Below are positions 37,301-44,728 of a stretch of DNA of 64,000 bases, piece by piece. Numbering within the stretch: the stretch's first letter is position 1; every line of letters starts with the position of its first letter. The notes beneath the pieces are model-generated. The model did no database searches. It had not been told where the DNA came from and saw only the letters and a list, made by a program, of their open reading frames with translations. The stretch covers positions 1,295,854 through 1,359,853 of the forward strand of contig NW_019217800.1 in NCBI RefSeq assembly GCF_002571385.2, given 5' to 3'. A program made the position numbers and the translations under genes. Source of the DNA: Stylophora pistillata (lineage: Eukaryota).

Positions 37301-40300
37301 AAGAAGAATGGCTTTACAGCTCAGAACTTCGCCTCAGGACAGTACACACCTTTACAAATGAAGCAGCAAGAGACCACGTCCGATGTGGATCAGATATGTG
37401 TTAGACATTTGAATGTGTGCAAATCTGAGCACTTTTTTAAAATGTTTGAAAAAGAAATTTTTTATCTTTGATTAGCAAACATAATGAGGAGCGAAGTCCC
37501 CTTTCACCAGGTTACTTATTTCCTTTGTCGTAGAGCCCAAACCTTTCATTTGCCCGAGGATGGATCGGTCCCAGTAATAATGGTTGGGCCTGGGACTGGT
37601 ATAGCTCCATTCAGAAGCTTTTGGCAACAGCGCCAGTTTGACGTCGTGAACACAAGTGCTCCCAAGCCAAGGACGATGGACGTCACTCCGGACTCAAGCC
37701 CTCTGATACAGCGTCGAAACTTTAACTCCCCGGAAACGACTCCTCATACACGACATCGTTCCGTCGGCGGAAGCCCCTCTTTACAGCGCCAACTCTTTTC
37801 AGAAAAAGAACAAAACGAGAACGCTTCAAACCCTTCGTCAGGAAAGTGGGGTGAAATGTTGCTGTTTTTCGGATGTAGAAACGCTACTCAGGATTATATC
37901 TACAAGGATGAAATGGCGGAAGCGAAAAACGATGGCGCGTTGACTGAAGTATGGACAGCTCTCTCACGTGAACCAGGACAGCCAAAGGTAAGCAAATATT
38001 TTTTAGAGGCAAATTATCCTTTAGCTCCTCAACAAATGCGAACACAACAAAGTAAGTTCAAGTTAGCCTTGCTGCATTTCCATTTTTAATAGTGAGGAAA
38101 ATGAAAGAATGTCAAAACAGCTGCTGTTTCTTTCTTCTAAGTGGTACATACACTTGGCATTTTACCGTTGACAATAAAGTAACTTCGAAGTAGACCAGTG
38201 GCTGTTTTCTCTAATATGTATATCTTTAAAACGTTTACGTCACCTCTTCAAATTTGCAGGCTACTTTTTTATCCAAACGATAGATAGATAGAGAGATAGA
38301 TAGATAGATAGACGTTTATTAAGAATACCTTAATAGCAGCTGGAAGCTGAGTTGCAAAGCTGTACAAATTATGTAATAGAACTATACAATAAAATCAAAC
38401 CTAAAAGGGAACTAATTTATATATACAATTATCATAAATGTCAGTTAAAATGTCTTGCGCTTACTGGAATGAAAGTATCTCTGAACCGATTTGTTTTAAA
38501 GGAAACTCTAAATGGTCTGCGTCGTCGTAACTACATAAGTTGATCTCGGTTATCGAAAGGCAGTAAGTGGTACAAACAAGCCAAGGGATTGGAGACGATC
38601 TTGTTAGAGAATTTTAAGCAAAGGTCTTCTCTCCGATCCCTAAGGGTTATGAACAATTTTATCTTACATAGCCAATCTCATTTCGTACATATTTCAGAAA
38701 TATGTTCAGGATATGTTGAAAATGGAGGCGTTTGACATTTGTGACAAGCTGCTGAGTCAGCGAGGACATTTCTACGTGTGCGGCGATGTTTCAATGGCTG
38801 AGGATGTTTGTAGAACACTGCAGGTAATCCCGTCACTATAGTAAAGTTTACTTGCACTGCGCGCGTAATCGAAGTGCTCGTAAATAGGACTGTGCCTGCC
38901 AGTTCTGAACACAAATTTTCCTGAGTGAAAATTTCAGCAAAGGCGTGGGTTGCGAATGAAGAGGTTGCTTTTCTTATCCTACACTATTAATATAGAGAAT
39001 ATCAAATTACCATGGCGACGGTCAGATTCTATAGTGTAGGTACTGTGAAGCGAGTGCGCGCCTATTCTATCTCTTGTTGCAATCCACCTGGTGGTATTCG
39101 CTTCTAATCAAACGTTCCTCTGTCAAAGGAAAACTCAGTAACTTTGAAAGTTTATTGGACACAAATAACGCATCTGCGAGGTTATCGGGGGAGGATTTAA
39201 GCTTCTAAGAACGGGTAAATATTATGCGATCTGATCATCAGATAATTTCGCTTTGTTTATTGTTTTTAACCTCCTCAGACCCTCTTACAAGAATACGCCG
39301 CCATGTCTCAGCAGGAAGCTCAGGACACAGTAAACAAAATGAAGGTAAGGTGTGCATGTTGTATTCTTTGGGAGCACGATGTGCCATGCGGACAACTTAC
39401 AATTGAGGGGAGTGCACACCTGAAAAATATGTTACGCTCCTTTGGGTTTGGTTTACTCTAATCGCATGAAGGTATTGGAATTCCTTGTGTTCCCCAGTTT
39501 TGAGCCCCCTCTCAAAAATTAGAAAAAATGCGAAGTTACTGTTCCAGCAAAGCGGGACTTTTTGTAAAAAGTTATTGTGATAATATGTCAAGTGCATTCT
39601 CATCCTCCGCCGGTGGCTAACGCAAAAGAAAATCTTGTAGACCTGTTAAATTTTATGTATCGGTGTGCATGCTGCAAAATAGAAAAAAATAACAGAAACG
39701 AAAACTTTTGCCGTTACTTTAAGGAATTCAGTCGCTTACATAATTTAGTAAGATCAATATTCTATCTGTCAGCCGATGTTTTTGGTCTTGTCGCGCAAAA
39801 GCCCGCTCCCTCAGAGAACGGCAGCAAGAGAATCAAACAATCAAACATAGAAGATTCTTGTTTATCTTTTTCAGAGTTCCGGCCGATATCATGAGGATAT
39901 TTTTGGAGTAACTTTGAAAACACGAGAAGTGACTGACCGCGTCCGAACCGCAGCTAAAAGGTTGGTTAGTAGAATGATAGCTAAGGAAGTAAACTGGTTA
40001 AAAAACTCAACGGATTTAATTTGACATTGGTTCTCGTCAGTTTTTTTGGAGTTTGCTGTAAAGAGTTTACAAAAGTTTTACAACCAACTGACCAATACAG
40101 ACTTTCCATGAATACAAAAGACTGCAGCGCCGTTGTTCCCATCTTTAAATTTAAAAGCCATCCTCCTTAAACCAACATTCCCTTCCTGTTCGACGATTAA
40201 ACAAACAAACGCCTGTTTAGACAATTCTCGTCTTTTTTTCACTGACAAGGCTACTTAAGATTCACGGTTGTTCTGTACTCTTTCGACAGATCTTGGATGT

Positions 40301-41134
40301 ATCTAAGGACTTCTAGTAAAATGAGGGTGAGTAATAAGTTGTGCTTTAAATACCCATTAGAGTGACTAGCATCTAATTTCTCCTTACAATATCACCGCTG
40401 AATCAATCATTAGAGTCACGAGAATAAAGAAAATGGTCACCAACTAAAGAAGCTCTTGATTGTTAAACAAATTCTAAGGCTTTAAAGCGCTTTGAGGAGT
40501 AGGTTATGTATGAATTTTGAAATGTCTTTTAACTTTAGATAAGTCAGCACAATTTGAAGCCGCGCGCGCCTACTATTACCTTGCCCGTGGACAGAGATGA
40601 AGCAGAAGGCACAGCAGTGTGAGTACGTCAGTCGGTAAAACTGCAAATCATACACGTACGTACACTCATTCTTCCTCGTACATTATAGACTTTGTTGTCT
40701 GTTTGTTGTAACCGCACGAACGTGAGGATTTCTCCAGAAGAGGGGTAACAATTGCGCGCTCTGCTCCATGTTCTTCCGTGCATGCATGATACAATAATAT
40801 GCCTGTAGATATTTACCACGCACTCTTATGTCTTTCTCACATGCAACGGTTATAACTGGCTCAAAACAAGAAGACAACTTTAAATCCTCGTCATACGTAG
40901 TTGTGAACTAAACCGTCAAGTACTAATCGAAAACCGGTACTTCAATTCAATTTAGTTACTAGCTGTGGCTGGCACCCACTAAAACGTTCTTGGCACTATA
41001 TTACAGATCTCGCTCGGTATCTTTGGGATTTGTTTGAAAAATAGAATCGTGTACCTCCGTTCTACACCATATACATTTTTTTTTTCAGTCAAGACTCCAC
41101 AAGAGGAAGAACTTATTCAACTCCAATGCAATAG
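18965..41134 (+). CDS. NOS: Nitric oxide synthase, PDZ-containing nNOS(NOS1)-like, 33 coding exons, ~1451 aa
   Basis: join(18965-19666,21043-21200,21872-22034,23070-23161,23876-24017,24183-24322,24892-25002,25192-25255,25449-25550,25797-25865,26307-26390,26626-26667,27015-27100,27736-27880,28387-28491,28787-28830,29155-29265,29683-29857,30204-30384,30993-31071,34739-34923,35186-35322,35797-35841,35998-36123,36500-36584,37136-37223,37534-37987,38698-38823,39279-39344,39875-39960,40290-40326,40539-40618,41089-41134). All introns are GT-AG and phases are consistent. Hallmark motifs: [92 protein letters not shown]. The last three exons are less certain. Confidence 0.95.
20565..21015 (-). mobile_element. 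5'-truncated Penelope-like retroelement (GIY-YIG C-terminus and pLTR with hammerhead motif) in NOS intron 1
   Basis: Minus-strand ...[28 protein letters not shown]...GINERFSFH*; 9-bp direct repeat ccaacagca at 20556-20564 and 21016-21024. Confidence 0.85.
20690..20730 (-). ncRNA. Minimal type I hammerhead-ribozyme motif of the Penelope pLTR (variant core)
   Basis: Minus strand GCU-CCGACGA-AGGCCUAACGCUC-GAAAC-GUC-AGC, with palindromic ACGU stem III. Confidence 0.6.
21043..21200 (+). CDS. NOS: NOS exon 2: Zn-tetrathiolate CxxxxC ([11 protein letters not shown]) and AKDFLQQYY
   Basis: ttttcag acceptor, CT|gtgagt donor. Confidence 0.95.
21872..22034 (+). CDS. NOS: NOS exon 3: heme-ligating Cys ([18 protein letters not shown])
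   Basis: poly-T cag acceptor, CAA|gtacgt donor, 163 nt. Confidence 0.96.
22067..22268. mobile_element. piggyBac-like MITE (CCCTT...AAGGG), degenerate; related partial copy at ~40350-40475
   Basis: Terminal ccctttaatcccca / agggtgtaaaggg; body shared with 40350-40475. Confidence 0.6.
22366..22550. repeat. ~27-bp tandem repeat, ~7 copies (gattttggccactagtggccgattttg-like)
   Basis: Direct inspection. Confidence 0.85.
22769..23003. mobile_element. Penelope pLTR fold-back (inverted duplication) with 13-bp TSD in NOS intron 3
   Basis: Same sequence as 20576-20723; inverted arms 22826-22913 and 22916-23003; TSD tattggaatgatt at 22756-22768 and 23004-23016. Confidence 0.85.
23070..23161 (+). CDS. 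NOS: NOS exon 4 ([31 protein letters not shown])
   Basis: atag acceptor, AG|gtgatt donor, 92 nt. Confidence 0.95.
23577..23669. mobile_element. Short MITE with GGCCCRGTTGTTC-type terminal inverted repeats
   Basis: gggcccggttgttcgaa ... tttgaacaattgggcc. Confidence 0.6.
23876..24017 (+). CDS. NOS: NOS exon 5 (STITVFPQR...[14 protein letters not shown]...[11 protein letters not shown])
   Basis: Conserved oxygenase motifs, 142 nt. Confidence 0.95.
24183..24322 (+). CDS. NOS: NOS exon 6 (ICQTLGW...[12 protein letters not shown]...EIKHPK)
   Basis: acag acceptor, AA|gtaagt donor, 140 nt. Confidence 0.95.
24892..25002 (+). CDS. NOS: NOS exon 7 ([18 protein letters not shown]...PACPFNGW)
   Basis: Conserved motif, TG|gtaaga donor. 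Confidence 0.95.
25192..25255 (+). CDS. NOS: NOS exon 8 ([21 protein letters not shown]), contains the substrate-binding Glu
   Basis: catag acceptor, AAG|gtaggt donor. Confidence 0.95.
25449..25550 (+). CDS. NOS: NOS exon 9 ([34 protein letters not shown])
   Basis: Conserved SLWKD motif, 102 nt. Confidence 0.95.
25797..25865 (+). CDS. NOS: NOS exon 10 ([23 protein letters not shown])
   Basis: Conserved DHH motif. Confidence 0.93.
26307..26390 (+). CDS. NOS: NOS exon 11 ([28 protein letters not shown]), BH4-binding
   Basis: acag acceptor, CAG|gttagt donor. Confidence 0.95.
26626..26667 (+). CDS. NOS: NOS exon 12 ([14 protein letters not shown])
   Basis: tacag acceptor, CAG|gttagt donor. 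Confidence 0.93.
27015..27100 (+). CDS. NOS: NOS exon 13 (DDPWKH...[11 protein letters not shown]), start of CaM-binding helix
   Basis: ccag acceptor, AA|gtaagt donor. Confidence 0.93.
27736..27880 (+). CDS. NOS: NOS exon 14 (AVKFSAKLF...[11 protein letters not shown]...HAFDPK), CaM helix and FMN phosphate loop
   Basis: Flavodoxin motif, 145 nt. Confidence 0.96.
28061..28358 (-). mobile_element. Palindromic non-autonomous element (same family as the 57264-57954 array) in NOS intron 14
   Basis: Reverse complement of the 297-bp unit; palindrome ggatatgagatgat...atcatctcatatcc. Confidence 0.75.
28387..28491 (+). CDS. NOS: NOS exon 15 (VVCMQDY...[17 protein letters not shown])
   Basis: FMN motif, 105 nt. 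Confidence 0.96.
28787..28830 (+). CDS. NOS: NOS exon 16 ([15 protein letters not shown])
   Basis: ccccag acceptor, GG|gtaagt donor; aligns to nNOS FGCALMEMRHP. Confidence 0.9.
29155..29265 (+). CDS. NOS: NOS exon 17: autoinhibitory-insert region ending PLANLR
   Basis: TAGAAG (NAGNAG) acceptor, AG|gtaatc donor; PLANLR matches nNOS PLANVR. Confidence 0.9.
29683..29857 (+). CDS. NOS: NOS exon 18 ([17 protein letters not shown]...[13 protein letters not shown])
   Basis: FMN motif, 175 nt. Confidence 0.96.
30204..30384 (+). CDS. NOS: NOS exon 19 (AAWDSFCI...WVPGRFRL...NEIIR), FMN-FAD hinge
   Basis: cctcag acceptor, G|gtaaga donor. Confidence 0.92.
30589..30792. mobile_element. piggyBac-like MITE with TTAA target duplication
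   Basis: TTAA 30585-30588 and 30793-30796; TIRs cccttgaactctcaaga / tctgggagtgtaaggg. Confidence 0.8.
30993..31071 (+). CDS. NOS: NOS exon 20 ([25 protein letters not shown])
   Basis: NLQ motif, 79 nt. Confidence 0.92.
31170..31600 (-). mobile_element. tRNA-derived SINE-like element in NOS intron 20
   Basis: Minus strand B-box ggttcgagccc, conserved-looking core ttaaaataactgaggagaa...ggataaggacga...cgtaggccccgtctc, (TA)n tail. Confidence 0.55.
31789..31857. repeat. 18-bp tandem repeat x4 (gtgattccacgattatgt)
   Basis: Direct inspection. Confidence 0.9.
32840..33858 (+). pseudogene. Nested intronless decayed gene of unknown family inside NOS intron 20
   Basis: ATG 32840 to TAA 33858 reconstructs to ~338 codons with two +1 frameshifts (~32981-32984 A-run; ~33590) and one internal TGA (33147-33149). 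Confidence 0.55.
34739..34923 (+). CDS. NOS: NOS exon 21 (RSTISVQL...[15 protein letters not shown])
   Basis: FAD-domain motif YxPGDH. Confidence 0.95.
35186..35322 (+). CDS. NOS: NOS exon 22 ([27 protein letters not shown])
   Basis: Connecting-domain motif. Confidence 0.94.
35797..35841 (+). CDS. NOS: NOS exon 23 ([15 protein letters not shown])
   Basis: tttag acceptor, CAG|gtgagg donor. Confidence 0.9.
35998..36123 (+). CDS. NOS: NOS exon 24 (GNNRYEDWK...[11 protein letters not shown])
   Basis: Conserved motif, CCG|gtaagt donor. Confidence 0.95.
36500..36584 (+). CDS. NOS: NOS exon 25 ([25 protein letters not shown]), FAD-binding
   Basis: RxYSISSS motif. Confidence 0.96.
37136..37223 (+). 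CDS. NOS: NOS exon 26 ([16 protein letters not shown]...VACYVR)
   Basis: GVCSTWL motif, 88 nt. Confidence 0.96.
37534..37987 (+). CDS. NOS: NOS exon 27: NADPH-binding ([12 protein letters not shown]...FFGCR...[10 protein letters not shown]) with large S/P-rich insert
   Basis: 454-nt open exon, AAG|gtaagc donor. Confidence 0.93.
38281..38530 (-). mobile_element. LINE (L2-like) 3' tail fragment with (CTAT)n microsatellite
   Basis: (gata)n at 38281-38311, AATAAA on the minus strand, residual [12 protein letters not shown]. Confidence 0.55.
38698..38823 (+). CDS. NOS: NOS exon 28 (KYVQD...[15 protein letters not shown])
   Basis: NADPH adenine-binding motifs. Confidence 0.96.
39279..39344 (+). 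CDS. NOS: NOS exon 29 ([22 protein letters not shown])
   Basis: ctcag acceptor, AAG|gtaagg donor. Confidence 0.92.
39875..39960 (+). CDS. NOS: NOS exon 30 ([28 protein letters not shown])
   Basis: RYHEDIFG motif, AG|gttggt donor. Confidence 0.94.
40290..40326 (+). CDS. NOS: NOS putative exon 31 ([12 protein letters not shown])
   Basis: ctttcgacag acceptor, AGG|gtgagt donor, phase fits. Confidence 0.7.
40539..40618 (+). CDS. NOS: NOS putative exon 32 ([27 protein letters not shown])
   Basis: ctttag acceptor; GT|gtgagt donor overlaps an in-frame TGA (40620-40622). Confidence 0.65.
41089..41134 (+). CDS. NOS: NOS putative terminal exon ([14 protein letters not shown])
   Basis: T10-cag acceptor, phase-2 fit, TAG 41132-41134. 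Confidence 0.6.
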
Positions 41135-41536
41135 AATGAGAGTTAAGACGAGAAGACCTCAGACAACGGCATGGAAGCATGCGTATCACACTGACACAAA
41201 AGAACCTGCGCTTAAACGCTACAATCAAAATACATTTATGATTTTATTAAAATGTAGTGAAATAGTCTTAAATAATGATGATATAAATTTATTACAGAAT
41301 GGTAGTTGAAATTAAGGTTACGCTGATAAAGCAATATTATATTTATCAGGAAACTTATAAGAAAAATATAGAAATATGTAGTATTGGCTTCCATAATGCT
41401 CGGGCTTTCTCGTTTCCATTAGGGACCCTAAGTAGCTAGAATTATAGAATCTGTTTGCAATTATCAGCGAAAGAATTATTCTCCAGCAATACAGGGATCT
41501 CTTCGTTCTTTCTTTGTAACACCTTGGTTACACCTA

Positions 41537-43821
41537 TTAGGTAATTTTCTCGCAGAAACGGGACAGATTAAATTCCCTTTGCACAAGAGCACCCCTTTTA
41601 CTCAACGTCTTATTAGTCATAGCAATGAAAGCGAAATGCATCCGTAGTTTTCCAGATTGCCCATTGTGTTTCTTTCTTTCTTCGTTGCGTGGGCTTACAA
41701 TCCTTTTCAGAACACCATTCAATTATGAATACGAGGTTAAAAAGTGCCCTAGCACAATAATAATTTAAATCAACTTTAACCTAACACAGATTCAGACATG
41801 AGATACTTATTGGGAGAAATGTATATTAGATCATGCAATTATGTTATGCAATACCGCTTTGCTTTTTTGATTCAATCAGACTACGAGCCGGCATTCCCTT
41901 TTTTTCCCAATGCGATCCTACGCGCGAGTCGGTAGAAATCGATGAGATAACATCCCTGTGCGCCGAAATATCGTGGAAGTAGCGTGCGGGAAAGAGCGCG
42001 CCTTGCTTCTCTAAGTTCACGCGATGCCAGAATGTTTGGATTACGCAACGGATTACTGAGGGAGAGAAGGACTGATCGTAGTCTCTGGCTAAATGGAAAA
42101 CATAATCCATGTATACTCAGTTTCCTGATTGTTTATTATACACTTTGATGTGGATGCTTTTAATTGATTAGCGAGATTGTAACATGACAACATGGTAAGG
42201 ATTAAAATATGAAATCTACAGCGTTGTTTGGAGATCAAACAATTTAAAGTCGTCCACCCCCCTCCCCCCACTCCATAACCTGCTTTTCCTACGTCATTAC
42301 TGTCTCACCTTCTCTTCTTTTAAAACTGATCAATACTAAGTCCCACTCCCTCTTCTTCTTCTCAAAACCATAAGTTATTGCAGTGAATGACATTTAGGGT
42401 GTTTCCTATTGCTAGAGTAGGAGTTAATCTTTAGAGCAAGCCCCCATGCCCTTTCATCTCACAACCACTATGGACAGTCGGAGACAATGGAAATCCTGGC
42501 GAATTTGAAAGTTTATAGGAATGCCATGAGGTCGTAGAGAAACAGAGCGGAAAGTTGAAAATAAGCAAGCGATCGCAACTGATTACTAATCAATTCTCAT
42601 CAATGTATAGCATAAATATTCCCGAACTGAGTTCATCTTGCCACTACCCTTCGACCCATTCCCAAGCATTGGTCCACGCCATCAGTCGCAAAGAGGTTGT
42701 ATTCCCTACGGCAGGACGCTGATTTTTTCCACAACCCACACCTGTGACACATGCTTAACATCTCTCTTTGTTACACGATATACCTCCTCAAACCCTTACA
42801 AGCTCGAACTCGCCGGTCCTAAACCATACTTAAAGGCGTTATTTACCATTTTCCTACTTCTACGCACAGAACACTTTGACATAACTGATCTTATCAGTCA
42901 CTAGCCACGGCAGTACCCAGGAGGTGGTGAACGTCAAATTTGTATCTTATACTTGACTTGCAACCATCGTGGCACAGTTGGTAGAGTAATATAAAGCGAA
43001 TCCGATGGCGGATGGGGTTCTAATCTCCTGCGTTCTGTTTTCCTTTGTTTTTCGTTTAGAAATTTGCGTTTGGATATGTGTTCAAAGACCCTTTTTATCA
43101 CTTATGTTTTTCCCATTAAAGCCGGTTTCCATCACAACAATGCCCCGTCCGTTAAGCTTTTTCCTCAAATAACATCTCTTGAGAAAAAAATTCCTTTTTT
43201 TTCCTTGAATTTTCTCTTCAAAATAACAACTGATATCAATAACCCGTGGCATTTCAATCGTGGTGGGATTTTGTTGCTTTAGGAAAGTTAGTGAACATAA
43301 CAAAACGCCCCTAAAATGTGTAAAAAATATGCAGCTGAGACACTCTCTCGTTAAAAATGTGTGACGCATCTGCTGGCAATTGGTTCAAATTCTATTCCAT
43401 ATTCATGAAGATTTACAGGCATGGGTAACGTAATTTGCCAGTTAAACGAGTTCGTGTTTTAGGAAAGGTAGCTTGATTTGGTTATGTTCTGCTCGAGGAG
43501 CCATTTGTGACTTTGAAAGCGTTTGGACTGGAGAATCTCTTTGTACTTTACTTTATGGTGAGTACCAGTTCTTGATATTTTACTACCTTTGACATTCAAG
43601 GCGTAAAAAACTTTGGACATGTTTGTTTGAGATGTTAACACGCGCACTTGCTGAAGAAATTCACGTTCCGCGTCGAGGATGTTTGACTCTTTATGTCGTC
43701 TGTAGCAAACGCTTAAAATTGGCATAACAAGGTCAGAGGGATCGATAGCCGAAAGCACTATTAAATTGAATGTTAGGCTAACGTAAACTTCTGGAAAAAG
43801 ATGGGCTGATTTGTTGCTCAT
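41537..43821 (-). pseudogene. Possible degenerate multi-exon gene convergent with the NOS 3' end; family not recognised
   Basis: 120-aa ORF from ATG 43821; clean open exon 42088-41855 with ttttccatttag acceptor and G|gtattg donor; neighbouring segments interrupted by stops. Confidence 0.3.
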
Positions 43822-44554
43822 CGCTACTGTCTCACACGCCTAAACAAGCTGCGAAAATGTTTTGTTTCACGAGTCTTTGAATTATTAAATGTCGGAGCTG
43901 AAAACTCTACCTTTTAAGGCTTTCAGCTCGCAGCTTCTAATAAAAATTATCAATTTACTTTTATGTTAGCTTTCTTTCTTATGTATTTTTTTATCCTATC
44001 GACTTCAGGGTGATATATTTGATATATTGAGGGCAACCCCAAGACCTTCTTGACTCGAAGAACCCAGCTTAGAGCGCACTAATGAATACTTTGAATGATT
44101 CACATGTAGAGCCACCTTAGAGCTAGAAGATTTTGAGAGATTGAAGGTTTCTGAAATTATCCTTGCACACTGAGAACTTTGAATCGACAAAAGTTCTTTT
44201 TATGTAACTTCAAATAACCTCTTAGAAGCTTCCAGCCCCTTCATGTAGAGTGATCTTCTATGCATTCATGTCTGGCAAATTGAAAATAATTCCTGGGCGG
44301 TTGACTAAAAACTTTTCATGAAAAAATAATCATCGATTGAACAGAAACTCAACATTGTTGTCATATGTCACAACAATATTTTTTTTGAGTCTATCTCAAA
44401 TTGATTTCTTCCATTTGATTGTTTAATCATATAATTGCCTCTGGCGAAAATTGTACTTAATTCAACGTCATTAACTCTTTCTACTTAAAGCGTGCCATGC
44501 AAAACGTGAAATACATTGCCAGATATGAGTTTTAGAATCTCACTTAATTTCATA

Positions 44555-44728
44555 TAGAGCGTTGCCACTCACGTGACCTGCAGCGATATTAGTTTACTAA
44601 ATAAAAGATGATATTGGCATAAAAATAGTTTATCTCCCGGAGGATTGGTTTTGAACACTTATATGGCCACGGTTATTTGTCTTGGAACACCAATATGTCT
44701 GCTGTGACGTCTCGTGAAAACGCACTCA
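44555..44728. mobile_element. MITE with agagcgtt...cacgtga / tcgtgaaaacgcactc imperfect TIRs
   Basis: Imperfect terminal inverted repeats. Confidence 0.45.

Noticed and set aside
39961-40024. Read-through C-terminus [21 protein letters not shown] as the main NOS end
   Set aside because: Possible, but three downstream phase-compatible exons with good splice sites make splicing more likely; not excluded as a minor isoform.
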